A stretch of 60,000 nucleotides of DNA from Laetmonice hystrix (lineage: Eukaryota), in NCBI GenBank assembly GCA_965235115.1, contig OZ249436.1, forward strand, positions 5,954,001 through 6,014,000, written 5' to 3'. A model generated the notes under the pieces. That model ran no database searches. It saw nothing but the letters and a program-made list of their open reading frames with translations, and had not been told where the DNA came from. The position numbers were made by a program, and so were the translations under genes. Below, in pieces: positions 1-13,030 of the stretch (the first letter of the stretch is position 1; the number at the start of each line of letters is the position of its first letter).

Positions 1-3000
1 TCTGTGATGAGGAGGCGGCCAGCACCGCGCGTTCTCGGGGTGTACTATCGATCCAGGATGTGGGCAACCGTCTGTGGTGTCATTGGAGTCTCGAGAGGAG
101 GATTAAAAGGCTAAAGGCAGCATTCAGCACACCCTGGTTAACCCAAAGTACAAATTTAATTACCCCATTGCAAACATTGATCCAGCCAGGAGATCAGTTA
201 GCCAACTGCTTGCACTGGGAGATGAAAAACAAGCTCGCCGTTATTGACAGGAGGTGTAGTTTGTAGCTGATCCCGAGGTATTTTTTAATTACGTAGCGTG
301 GGTACATTGTACATACAAGACACCGTCTTTTTTTGTCTGTCAGACTGAATTGAAAGGGTATCTTTGAAGGATATTATGGAATGGTTTTATAAGCACTGTT
401 CAGGGTTCAGTTCTGTTGGGGCTGGATGTACGGGGGTGTGGGTGGGTGGGGGGTGGGTGGGTGGGTGGGTGGGGAGGGGTAGGTGGTGGTTGCTGAACAT
501 TTCATATTTCAGACGCCATGAAAATATTAATCTTCCTAGCCTGATTGACATGAATGATGATATAATAGTTGGAGTTGGCACACTTACTAATCTCGGCGTA
601 ATACAGTGTCGATATCATTCACAGAATTCTAAAATCTTGGAAACCTTCAGTTATTTAACGCTATGTTACGTCTAACAATCAATTATGGGGCACTGAGTAG
701 AAAGTTCCATTGTAATTCATATACCACACGACCCATTCTGCATGCATCCCCACACGGTTGTGTATGGTGGCAGATTATAAATCACTCTCCTAGTACGGTA
801 TGTAGACTGCTTTCTCTATCCAACAGAACTGAATTACACTGGAATGCGAAGCCTGGCCAGAATCACTTATTTAGAATTATGTATGGCGCTATCCATTTCA
901 TGTAACCAGAAAATAAGTAAATTACCTTTTAATTGCGTATGCACAAAGCAGTGCACTGATAGACAGATGCCCCAAAAAGTCAATTAAGATGATAGTTTTT
1001 TTTCCATGCTAGGCAACCCATAATTGAACTAGAACCTTTTCCAGCCATAAATTACTGTAAATGATTAGCTTCGACGTCGTAATGGCATCTAAAAAGTATG
1101 TAATTGTTAGAAATTGTCACTCAAATTATATTTACTTGAAGTCCGATCAAAGCCAGCGTTCCATCTACTTTGTCATTCTGATTAATCGACCGAGGACACA
1201 ATAGAAAGGACTGACTTTAAATGCTCTAATTAAAAACAATCAAAGTTTTACTGTTGGCCGAGGACCTCGAATCTGGAGTGGCAGCTAAAAGTAGAGCCAT
1301 CTATTATAAAATGGTGGTCGTGAAAAACTGTGCAGGGTTTTCAAGGCCGCAATACTGCCCCAAACACTCACTTTCCTGATTTGTCACTTGGAAAGAAATT
1401 CACTATTTAATTTTTTGCCCTAATGTGATAAAACACCCATCAATCAAGACATATTTAAGACTAATGAACAGTAGCCTTAATTAGAGAATCACGTTCATGG
1501 TACAATGTGAACATTATGGAAGTTTGTAAATCATGACATTCAATTAATTTCGGACGGTTCCTCAGGCAATAATGCCATGTAGAGAGATATTTTATGTGGT
1601 TAATGGTCAGCCGAATGACATGAATAATGCAACAGCACGGCTGCAAGGCTAGCTCATGATATTGTTTGAGTCAGAGAGATAAGTATATGTCTATATGTGG
1701 TTGTTTATGAATATGTATCGCTGAGATAGCTATTCAAGTTTCAACAGTTGAGTGAGATAAATGAGATACGATTCTATGGCCCGCGGTCGACAACCGCTAC
1801 ATGCTCAGACATAGAGTGCTTTCATTAAAAACATTAGTAACTGGCTGGACGTAATCAATTACTGTCAAAAGTTCATCAGGTATGTATGTATGTATGGACA
1901 GGATCAGATTGGGCGCCAGTGTTCATGTTAACACGGTTAGATTAGGTGTACTGATCGTCAAAACAGACAAAGATTCACACACGAGTTGGTTTTTTTAGGA
2001 TTAAATGTTCTACACATATCGGATTTAGGTATTGTATAGCGGCACTTGGTGCCTACTTATTTTACCCTAGGGTAAAATTTCCCATTATGTGAAGCAAAAA
2101 ATATATGGCCATGTGAAAGATAGTTTACTAAAATATGCTAATGTTAAAAAGGCATTATCGGAGGTGATTGTATGCATGCTGAGACCGTAACACGGAGACG
2201 GAATTATTGTTTGAGTCTACCTTCCTTTAATATCCTGGGTGTAGTCTGCCTGGAGAGGTTCTATCAATTCAATGTCTGGTAACAGGTTGCGGGGAATTAA
2301 ACGCCATTCACGGGAATCCTATGATTATTCTAAAAGGATATAAATATCAAGCTAAAACAAGGATAAGTTACGCTCTGACATTAGACCATCTGCCTCAGCC
2401 GTGCTGTATGCCATAACACTGCATAGTGACTCTGTGAAACCCGGTCAACAAAGACATCAAACTAATTATGAATAAATGTGATTATTCCATGCTTTGCTTT
2501 CCCTCATGCAAGCCAGCACAAACAATAGGCAATGTGGTTAGCTGTAACTGATGAGGGAGCTAATACGATCACAACTGGGCTGCACTGGCAGATGCTCAAC
2601 ATCTATTAGAATTTATGGCAAAAATACAAACTGTGTGCTCTGCATGACAGAAGACTTGAGGTTATGCAAGCATAACAAGTCTACTGGCTGAGGTCAACAA
2701 TGAGGTAATGTATCAGACTGTAGCTTACGATGTCTGGTACGGCCCTGGACAGTGGCCAGCCCTCATCCTCCCGTCTATACCGTGAGAACCACTGGTAGAA
2801 CTTGAATGATCGAAAACACTGAAACACGAACATTACTTCAATCTATTGGCGCCAGTGGAAAACTTAATAAAATTATTATTCTTAGTGCCAAAGTCATTCA
2901 GTAGATTATGCCCCGACCTGTAGCTGCCAAACTGAGAAAGTGGCGAGTCCGTCGAGGATGGCTCACAAAGTCGCGTAACCCAGTTACTTTCAGAATGTCC

Positions 3001-3089
3001 GGAAAGAGAAAAGTTGTATAGTCCTCTCATAGAATTGAACCCCGGCCCCACGATTACTGCAGCCATTCGGCTGGACATACCAAAGCCAA

Positions 3090-4007
3090 TTGAACTGAGG
3101 ATCCTTACAGTCCAACACTCTACCACTTCCCACCCCATTGTCGTCTTTTACAAACAGCCAGCGGTTGAACTGAGGATCCTTACAGTCCAACACTCGACCA
3201 CTTCCCACCCCATTGTCGCCTTTTACAAACAGCCAGCGGTTGAACTGAGGATCCTTACAGTCCAACACTCGACCACTTTCCACCCCATTGTCGCCTTTTA
3301 CAAACAGCCAGCGGTTGAACTGAGGATCCTTACAGTCCAACTCTCGACCACTTCCCACCCCATTGTCGCCTGTTACAAACAGCCAGCGGTTGAACTAAGG
3401 ATCCTTACAGTCCAACACTCGACCACTTCCCACCCCATTGTCGTCTTTTACAAACAGCCAGCGGTTGAACTGAGGATCCTTACAGTCCAACACTCGACCA
3501 CTTCCCACCATATATTGTCGCCTGTTACAAACGGCCAGCGGTTGAACTGAGGATCCTTACAGTCCAACACCCGACCACTTCCCACCCCATTGTCGCCTGT
3601 TACAAACAGCCAGCGGTTGAACTGAGGATCCTCACAGTCCAACACTCGACCACTTCCCACCCCATTGTCGCCTGTTACAAACAGCCAGCGGTTGAACTGA
3701 GGATCCTTACAGGCCAACACTCGACCACTTCCCACCCCATTGTCGTCTTTTACAAACAGCCAGCGGTTGAACTGAGGATCCTTACAGGCCAACACTCGAC
3801 CACTTCCCACCCCATTGTCGTCTTTTACAAACAGCCAGCGGTTGAACTGAGGATCCTTACAGTCCAACACTCGACCACTTCCCATCCTATTGTCGCCTTT
3901 TACAAACAGCCAGCGGTTGAACTGAGGATCCTTACAGTCCAACACTCGACCACTTCCCACCCCTTTTGTCGCCTTTTACAAACAGCCAGCGGTTAAACTG
4001 AGGATTC
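3090..4007. repeat. Minisatellite, 75-bp unit, ~12 copies
   Basis: Unit TTGAACTGAGGATCCTTACAGTCCAACACTCGACCACTTCCCACCCCATTGTCGYCTTTTACAAACAGCCAGCGG; GTTGAACTGA recurs at 3541 and 3841 (4 x 75). Explains the repetitive ORFs 2990-3960. Confidence 0.97.
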
Positions 4008-5350
4008 TTCCCTGATCTCCAAGGTGGATGTGTGCCAGATAACTTTATGGTAAGAAAAATGTATTTGGTGTTTTTGTAACATCATTAATTCGCTATAAAC
4101 ATGTCACAAGTTTTGTTTTCTTATGTACATGTAACTTTATATGTTACCAATACATGAGAACACTGACACAAAAAGAAGTTTTGTGTTCGAGCACTTCAAT
4201 ATTATTATCAATAAGTCATGTAATAACCCGTAGAATCCAACTCAAAGTCATGATTGATGGGTTTTGCCTTTGACTGAATTTGCTCCGAATTTCTGATTTG
4301 CAAGACCGATCTTAGCGTCAGAGGAATTAGTTATGAAAATTATGATTTATTCTGTAAAGACCTATCGAAGAAACGTTATTATTATATTAGCTGTCCTAAA
4401 ATCACACAACACTTTGACATTCCCACAGACTTCAAAGGATCTAAGTGACTTAAGAAAGAAATACCGAGTGGTCTTTCTTGTTGAAGTGCTTAATTTATAC
4501 TGACATGCTTAACCGAATAAATGACAGGCATCTGTAAAAAAAAAATATACGCTCTGCTGACCTCATGTCAAGTACAGTTAGATGGTATTTCATACATAAA
4601 TCCATTTAGATGGTATTTGATACATAAATCAGTTTATTTATGGACAGTTGAAACTGTGCCAGCGTCGTACAACATTTTCTTTACCACAGGATCTGTCCAC
4701 GACGCTCAATAGGAGGAGTTTGTTAATGTAGTTTTTTTTAGTAATATGTTCTGTGCCAGTGTTATTTGTATGAAGGTGTTTGTATCAGTTAGTTTTGTTT
4801 GCTGTGTGACGCCTACTTACGTTATCTTCCACCCACAGTGTTCACTGATATCACAGGTCGATGTCAGGGTCCGTTCAGGGTTCTCACTGACCAACTGTGC
4901 AGTCAAATAAAAACATCACCTCAGATGATTCCAACACATGGGTGGAAACTTGTCCGAGGACCATTTCTATACTTTATCTGAGGAGATATGCAGGTATCTT
5001 ACTTTGGACTAATGCAGGTATCTTACTTTGGACTAAATGACAATGCAGATTTATCACTGGGAACTCGGGAGTCTCAAGCAAGGTTTCAGGTGGAGGCAGC
5101 TCGCTCACGTGCCCCCTAGACTCCCTATAAAATAGGATTAACAGAGACCCAGAATGGTTGTTCCCCTTAGAGAGTTTGAGAAGTATGTGTGTCCCCTAAC
5201 ATACGCAAACACAGTACCCCATCTAGACCTGCCCTGGAGTTTCATCACGATACTTCCACGTGAAGCCATTGAAATAACGGATGGTTATCGACGTCAAGCC
5301 AGTATCTACCTGACCTATAAATATCCTAATACCTTGACCAAGACACAGCA

Positions 5351-6329
5351 AGACATCCAGTTAGGAGATTTTTTTATTGTTTCTGGTGTAGTATTAAGAG
5401 TTAAGGATTTGAGACATCCAGTTAGGAGATTTTTTTTATCGTTTCTGGTGTAGTATTGAGAGTTAACGATTTGAGACATCCAGTTAGGAGATTTTTTTTT
5501 ATCGTTTCTGGTGTAGTATTGAGAGTTAAGGATTTGAGACATCCAGTTAGGAGATTTTTTATCGTTTCTGGTGTAGTATTAAGAGTTAAGGATTTGAGAC
5601 ATCCAGTTAGGAGATTTTTTTTATCGTTTCTGGTGTAGTATTGAGAGTTAACGATTTGAGACATCCAGTTAGATTTTTTTTATCGTTTCTGGTGTAGTAT
5701 TAAGAGTTAAGGATTTGAGACATCCAGTTAGGAGATTTTTTTATCGTTTCTGGTGTAGTATTAAGAGTTAAGGATTTGAGACATCCAGTTAGGAGATTTT
5801 TTTTATCGTTTCTGGTGTAGTATTGAGAGTTAAGGATTTGAGACATCCAGTTAGGAGATTTTTTATCGTCTCTGGTGTAGTATTGAGAGTTAAGGATTTG
5901 AGACATCCAGTTAGGAGATTTTTTTTATCGTTTCTGGTGTAGTATTGAGAGTTAACGATTTGAGACATCCAGTTAGGAGATTTTTTTATCGTTTCTGGTG
6001 TAGTAATAAGAGTTAAGGATTTGAGACATCCAGTTAGGAGATTTTTTATCGTTTCTGGTGTAGTATTGAGAGTTAAGGATTTGAGACATCCAGTTAGGAG
6101 ATTTTTTATCGTTTCTGGTGTAGTATTGAGAGTTAACGATTTGAGACATCCAGTTAGGAGATTTTTTTATCGTTTCTGGTGTAGTATTAAGAGTTAAGGA
6201 TTTGAGACATCCCGTTAGGAGATTTTTTTTATCGTTTCTGGTGTAGTATTGAGAGTTAAGGATTTGAGACATCCCGTTAGGAGATTTTTTATCGTTTCTG
6301 GTGTAGTAATAAGAGTTAAGGATTTGAGA
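5351..6329. repeat. Minisatellite, ~61-bp unit with variable poly-T, ~16 copies
   Basis: Unit AGACATCCAGTTAGGAGA(T)6-8ATCGTTTCTGGTGTAGTATTRAGAGTTAASGATTTG. Confidence 0.97.
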
Positions 6330-6579
6330 TCTGATGAGGAAACTTGGACTTAGCAGTGATCGCCTCATCATTCACGTAAGCCATGTCGACATAAATCCAC
6401 TGCCAACCATATGGATTACTCATTGGGGACGGCCATTACCGGTAATCGTAACAGATTATACCCAGCGGACCTCAATATAAATGATGCCGAGCTCTAATCT
6501 GAACAGCAACATAAGGCTGTCGGCATTAAACTTTAAACACGACACGATATGATTCAGTTGAAAGGAGACAAACGTGACG

Positions 6580-8220
6580 GGGTGAGCAGGGTGGGAAAGT
6601 GTGGAGAGGGTAGTGTATGGGGGCAATGACCTCCAGGTCATGGGTGAGCAGGGTGGGAAAGTGGGGAGAGGGTAGTGTATGGGGGCAATGACCTCCAGGC
6701 CATGGGTGAGCAGGGTGGGAAGGCGGGGAGAGGGTAGTGTATGGGGGCAATGACCTCCAGGCTATGTGTGAGCAGGGTGGGGAGAGGGTAGTGTATGGGG
6801 GCAATGACCTCCAGGCCATGGGTGACCAGGGTGGGGAGAAGGTAGTGGGTGGGGGCAATGACCTGCGTGCCATGTGTGAGCAGGGTGGGAAAGTGGGGAG
6901 AGGGTAGTGTATGGGGGCAATGACCTCCAGGCCATGGGTGACCAGGGTGGGGAGAAGGTAGTGGGTGGGGGCAATGACCTGCGTGCCATGTGTGAGCAGG
7001 GTGGGAAAGTGGGGAGAGGGTAGTGTATGGGGGCAATGACCTCCAGGTCATGTGTGGGAGGGCGGGGGAGGGTAGTGTATGGGGGCAATGACCTCCAGGT
7101 CATGTGTGAGCAGGGTGGGAAAGTGAGGAGAGGGTAGTGTATGGGGGCAATGACCTCCAGGCCATGTGTGAGCAGGGTGGGAAAGTGGGGAGAGGGTAGT
7201 GTATGGGGGCAATGACCTCCGTGCCATGTGTGAGCAGGGTGGGAAAGTGGGGAGAGGGTAGTGTAGGGGGGCAATGACCTCCGTGCCATGTGTGAGCAGG
7301 GTGGGAAGGCGGGCAGAGGGTAGTCTGTGGGGGCAATGACCTCCAGGTCATGGATGGGAAGGCGGGGAGAGGGTAGTGTATGGGGGCAATGACCTCCAGG
7401 CCATGGGTGGGAAGGCGGGGAGAGGGTAGTGTATGGGGGCAATGACCTCCAGGCCATGGATGGGAGGGCGGGGAGAGGGTAGTGTATGGGGGCAATGACC
7501 TCCAGGCCATGGGTCGGAAGGCGGGGAGAGAGTAGTGTATGGGGGCAATGACCTCCAGGCCATGGGTCGGAAGGCGGGGAGAGGGTAGTGTATGGGGGCA
7601 ATGACCTCCAGGCCATGGGTCGGAAGGCGGGGAGAGAGTAGTGTATGGGGGCAATGACCTCCAGGCCATGGGTCGGAAGGCGGGGAGAGGGTAGTGTATG
7701 GGGGCAATGACCTCCAGGCCATGGGTCGGAAGGCGGGGAGAGGGTAGTGTATGGGGGCAATGACCTCCAGGCCATGGATGGGAGGGCGGGGAGAGGGTAG
7801 TGTATGGGGGCAATGACCTCCAGGCCATGGGTCGGAAGGCGGGGAGAGAGTAGTGTATGGGGGCAATGACCTCCAGGCCATGGATGGGAGGGCGGGGAGA
7901 GGGTAGTGTATGGGGGCAATGACCTCCAGGCCATGGATGGGAGGGCGGGGAGAGGGTAGTGTATGGGGGCAATGACCTCCAGGCCATGGGTCGGAAGGCG
8001 GGGAGAGAGTAGTGTATGGGGGCAATGACCTCCAGGCCATGGGTCGGAAGGCGGGGAGAGGGTAGTGTATGGGGGCAATGACCTCCAGGCCATGGGTCGG
8101 AAGGCGGGGAGAGGGTAGTGTATGGGGGCAATGACCTCCAGGCCATGGGTCGGAAGGCGGGGAGAGGGTAGTGTATGGGGGCAATGACCTCCAGGCCAAG
8201 GGTGAGCAGGGTGGGAAGGA
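6580..8220. repeat. G-rich minisatellite, 62-bp and 53-bp unit variants, ~29 copies
   Basis: Core GGGGAGAGGGTAGTGTATGGGGGCAATGACCTCCAGGCCAT. Longer units containing TGAGCAGGGT at 6580-7350; 53-bp units at 7350-8200. Confidence 0.97.
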
Positions 8221-8278
8221 GGCAACAGCAACAACACAATAATGACACAATAATGATTTCCGGAGTTTCGGACCTTAC

Positions 8279-8389
8279 GGATAGCGTAAGAATAAAGTCC
8301 TCGTAAACTTTGTCATCATATTTAAATGTCATTGATAGAGCCGTTCCGTCGTACATGTAGGTCGACATAACGTCCTTAATACGGCTTCC
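8279..8389 (-). CDS. Candidate 111-nt exon (GSRIKDVMSTYMYDGTALSMTFKYDDKVYEDFILTLS), unknown protein
   Basis: Minus strand CTAATGACAG|...CTATCC|GTAAGG; open, phase 0-0, protein-like composition. No polypyrimidine tract and no recognisable homology. Confidence 0.2.
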
Positions 8390-8754
8390 CTGTCATTAGC
8401 TCCCTGTCAGTGGAACCTATCCACTGTTGGTCCAGGATAAAGAACCACTTTATAAAAAGACTTTACACCCTTGAGGTATCATAAAAGGCCCTTAGTGCCG
8501 ACCCATACGGAGTGACGAGTATACAATATAAACTGGACCGTCAGGAGCTTGCCAAGGTCACCATAACGAGATCCTTCACATGTGGATCATGTAAGATGTA
8601 GGAATAATGTGTTCACATGGCTTCCATACATAACACAACATCGGAGCCGGGAGGAAGTCGTTTAGTAATCGACTCGCAGACCTGGCAGATTTAGTAAAGA
8701 AAGGTCAGTCGTGGGCAAACCATGGATGTACAATATTGTTCTAGTTGGTCACAG

Positions 8755-8788
8755 CAACGAGACTAGACAGACCTGTCTAGTCTCGTTG
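8755..8788. mobile_element. 34-bp perfect hairpin with flanking direct repeat (miniature transposon derivative or footprint)
   Basis: CAACGAGACTAGACAG-AC-CTGTCTAGTCTCGTTG (16-bp perfect arms); GTCACAG at 8748-8754 and 8789-8795. Confidence 0.55.
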
Positions 8789-8830
8789 GTCACAGTGAAC
8801 AGGGCAAGGTATACTTCCACTCAGTCATCA

Positions 8831-10475
8831 TGACCTGACGTCCAGGGTATGGGTGTGACCTGACGTCTGTGGGTGTGACCTGACGTCCTGGGTGTGACCT
8901 GACGTCCTGGGTGTGACCTGACGTCCAGGGTGTGACCTGATGTCGATAGGTGTGACCTGACGTCTAGGGTGTGACCTGACGTCCAGGGTGTGACCTGACG
9001 TCCAGGGTGTGAACTGAAGTCCAGGGTGTGACCTGACGTCCAGGGTGTGACCTGACGTCTAGGGTGTGACCTGACGTCCAGGGTGTGACCTGACGTCCAG
9101 GGTGTGACCTGACGTCCAGGGTGTGACCTGACGTCCAGGGTGTGACCTGACGTCCAGGGTGTGACCTGACGTCTAGGGTGTGACCTGACGTCCAGGGTGT
9201 GACCTGACGTCGATGGGTGTGACCTGACGTCCAGGGTGTGACCTGACGTCGATGGGTGTGACCTGACGTCCAGGGTGTGACCTGACGTCGATGGGTGTGA
9301 CCTGACGTCCAGGGTGTGACCTGACGTCCAGGGTGTGACCTGACATTGATGGGTGTGACCTAACGTCCAGGGTGTGACCTGACGTCCAGGGTGTGACCTG
9401 ACGTCCAGGGTGTGACCTGGCGTCTGTGGCTGTGACCTGACGTCCAGGGTGTGACCTGACGTCGATGGGTGTGACCTGACGTCCAGGGTGTGACCTGACG
9501 TCCAGGGTGTGACCTGATGTCGATGGGTGTGACCTGACATTGATGGCTGTAACCTGACGTCCAGGGTGTGACCTGACGTCCAGGGTGTGACCTGACGTCC
9601 AGGGTATGACCTGACGTCTGTGGGTGTGACCTGACGTCCAGGGTGTGACCTGACGTTCAGGGTGTGACCTGACGTCGATGGGTGTGACCTGACATTGATG
9701 GGTGTGACCTAACGTCCAGGGTGTGACCTGACGTCCAGGGTGTGACCTGACGTCCAGGGTGTGACCTGACGTCCAGGGTGTGACCTGACGTCGATGGGTG
9801 TGACCTGACGTCCAGGGTGTGACCTGACGTCGATGGGTGTGACCTGACGTCCAGGGTGTGACCTGACGTCCAGGGTGTGACCTAACGTCCAGGGTGTGAC
9901 CTGACGTCCAGGGTGTGACCTGACGTCCAGGGTGTGACCTGACGTCCAGGGTGTGACCTGACGTCGATGGGTGTGACCTGACGTCCAGGGTGTGACCTGA
10001 CGTCGATGGGTGTGACCTGACGTCCAGGGTGTGACCTGACGTCCAGGGTGTGACCTGACGTCGATGGGTGTGACCTGACATTGATGGGTGTGACCTAACG
10101 TCCAGGGTGTGACCTGACGTCCAGGGTGTGACCTGACGTCCAGGGCGTGACCTGACGTCCAGGGTGTGACCTGACGTCGATGGGTGTGACCTGACGTCCA
10201 GGGTGTGACCTGACGTCCAGGGTGTGACCTGGCGTCTGTGGCTGTGACCTGACGTCCAGGGTGTGACCTGACGCCCAGGGTGTGACCTGATGTCCAGGGT
10301 GTGACCTGACGTCGATGGGTGTGATCTGACATTGATGGGTGTGACCTGACGTCGATGGGTGTGACCTGACGTCCAGGGTGTGACCTGACGTCCAGGGTGT
10401 GACCTGACGTCGATGGGTGTGACCTGACGTCCAGGATGTGACCTGACGTCCAGGGTGTGACCTGACGTCCAGGGT
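8831..10475. repeat. Minisatellite, 19/20-bp unit, ~85 copies
   Basis: Unit GGGTGTGACCTGACGTCCA, with variants ending GTCGAT, CATTGAT or containing CTAACG. Confidence 0.98.
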
Positions 10476-12705
10476 AGCAATTAGCCTACGTAGATCAGAC
10501 AGCAGGTAGAACCGACACAATAAGCATCTATACATTGATAGGGGGCTATTGTACATACTATATGCCGGCTATTATACAGAAAAATGAATTTATAGTCAGC
10601 ATTTTAAATGTAAAGTAGTAACCACCTTGAAGTATCAGGTCACTCAATATTTCTATGAATTATGTTTTTACACTGGACTGGTGTTCCAGTTGAAACAGAT
10701 GAAAGACGAGGGGATATCATAGATAACCTAGTGTTTCCTGTTAAAATACTAGATTTATTCACATCTCTCTTATAGATCTCATGTTTCCAGAAATCTTTGT
10801 CCCCGTGGTAAGGCGAGAAGTCCTGTCTGGCAGGGCGTGTTTCAGAGCCAGTCACACAGCCATTGTCATGGAAGAAACTGTGTAATGTGACAACTTTCTA
10901 TCCAACTTCCAGTATCCAACAAAATATGGCGTCCAGGACACACTTTGTGTTTTGTGTAACATGATTATATACGGGACAATTTAGCCTTGCCGTTGTGCAC
11001 TAAACACAATAAAACACCCTCATACCGAAATAAAATACTTGGTCATAAAAACATGCCCTGTTAAGTTGATTGCCTTTGATGGGCATGGTTGTCGTTTATT
11101 GTAGAAGTTGTTTTTTGTAACTATTGTTCAGTAACGGTAAAGGATGATCATTGTTATGTCAGAAAGCTAGAAGTGATGGATGGCACAAGTATATTGTGTT
11201 TCTGGGGACACGATAAACTGGGGCCGGTGAATTGGTTATTCACAAGCATGCCAGTATTCTCACCTGTCTGTCAGACAATAATACTGTCAGTTAGATGGAT
11301 GGCTGCTGTGCGTAGAACTAGGATTTCCCAGAACACAGTGTTAGGCCACACCTATAGACGTTCAGTGGTTCTACAGCCTGGTTAGTAAACATTCAACACG
11401 TAACGCGTCTGTCTGATGGAATAATAACATGTGAGAGGATCATTGGCCAATCCTCCCTACAGTTCACCACACATTGTATACCTTATGTAGTCATACCTTA
11501 ATGTAGTCAGCCATTCCATGCACCCTCGTAAGCTTATCTATCGATTTTCAGGTTCTACACCCGTCCGCCTACGTGTATATACTGGTATTACAGATTTGAA
11601 AGCATCCATACTCAGCTAAGGGACCTTCTGTGTTATATTTCAGGCCAGAGATTTTAAAAAACCGATCTTGCTCATACTGACCCTGTGAGAATACGACAAG
11701 GCCCACCTCGGTAGTGATCTTCCCATGGTCACATAGCTCTACCTTTATGGCTGCTAATCACTATTGTATCTGGGGTAAGGGATGTGGTGTTCGGTAAATC
11801 TGGATGGATAGAGTATCAGTTAATCTCACAAACCTATTGAAGAGGATGTCTGGAAGGAATACATTCTCGTAGTTTGTGCCAAGTATGTTGAGTAGAGTAC
11901 ACTGGAAGGTCCAAGTTTCCAAGTCGAGTTATGAGCTTGCCTCTAACGTATAGGTGTACTACATAAATCCTTTCCGACTTAAATAGATTGAAACCAATTC
12001 TTTCATTTAAAAAAGCGAAGAAGCTTTTAGACTTAATCAGCCATGTACCGTTTGCGGGAAAAAGGCCTGGGAATAACCCCTCCCCCCTTCAAAAAAGCCA
12101 ACATAAGATAAAACAGGAAACACAGTTAATGCAGCCCACCTACATCTTTTGCCCCCAAAGTACCAGGTACTTAAATGATGGAAAGTCTTTTGCAAAAAGT
12201 TTAGACAAGGCCAGGGTAAAAGTTGTTTGTCTTGTCAAAAGCGATCACCATAAAAAAAACTATCACCCTCTACACGCTCAGTTGCCTGGATGTAAACTTC
12301 ATTTTACCCCCATACACCCAGAATGCGGGACCGTTTTTTTCCCAACAATATATTACCCACCTCAATTACATACAGCTATACTGCCTTTGAAACTGCTTTT
12401 ATAGCAATGCGTCACCGAGGACGTAAATGTTCACCATTCAGAATAGCGAGAATTAATGGTTTCGCGAAACTCTCAAATTGAGCGCAAGTCACAAAGTTGA
12501 GTCACCGACATTCTTTAGATAATTAATATATAGGCCTGGTTAGATCTAGCTGTCAGTGGAATGGTTTCAAAGTACAGGAGTCATGTAAAACTACTTCATC
12601 ACCGGGATATTACCTGGGCCTAAGATAGGCGATATTGTTGGGATGTCATTGTACTGTTGTTTAGATTAGGTTAGGTTAGGTTAGGCGTGTTAGGTTACCA
12701 GTGGG

Positions 12706-12789
12706 CCGGTGTGGTAACCATACAAGGTGTTGAGTAACATGGCACCCGGTGTGGTAACCATACAAGGTGTTGAGTAACATGGCACCCGG
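12706..12789. repeat. 40-bp tandem duplication preceded by (TTAGG)4
   Basis: CCGGTGTGGTAACCATACAAGGTGTTGAGTAACATGGCAC at 12706 and 12746; TTAGG run at 12666-12685. Confidence 0.9.
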
Positions 12790-13030
12790 CACCACCCAGA
12801 ACCTCATCATGTATTCTCTGTATCAGTCACATATATCATTGAGAGCTTAAATGATAACTTGACAAGACAGAGATAATTACATGACGTCTAGAAGGGTTCA
12901 GACTATTGATTTATTGATTAGAATAAAAGATAAGTAGATAAGTTTACACGTATAAATGAGGAGGTTGGTTGGACGGGGCTGCTTGTCATCCGTCAGGTAG
13001 ACGGATCTCCCGACCTGGTTAGGTAATTCC

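Noticed and set aside
2527..2548. AGGCAATGTGGTTAGCTG resembles miR-34
   Set aside because: The mismatch falls in the seed, the 3' end diverges, and the flanks do not form a pre-miRNA-length hairpin.
4225..4263. AACCCGTAGA matches the 5' end of miR-100
   Set aside because: Only 10 nt match, the fold-back is too short and weak, and no let-7 or miR-125 hairpins were seen nearby.
6762..10556. Long ORFs of 200-490 aa on the minus strand
   Set aside because: They lie within the 53/62-bp and 19-bp arrays, are open in multiple frames, and unit lengths are not multiples of 3; these are repeat artefacts.
10640..10880. Protein-like minus-strand ORF (..DFSPYHGDKDFWKHEIYKRD..)
   Set aside because: No ATG start, weak splice signals and no recognisable homology.
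11279..11300. TAATACTGTCAG matches the 5' end of miR-8
   Set aside because: The remainder diverges and there is no complementary star arm at the proper distance.
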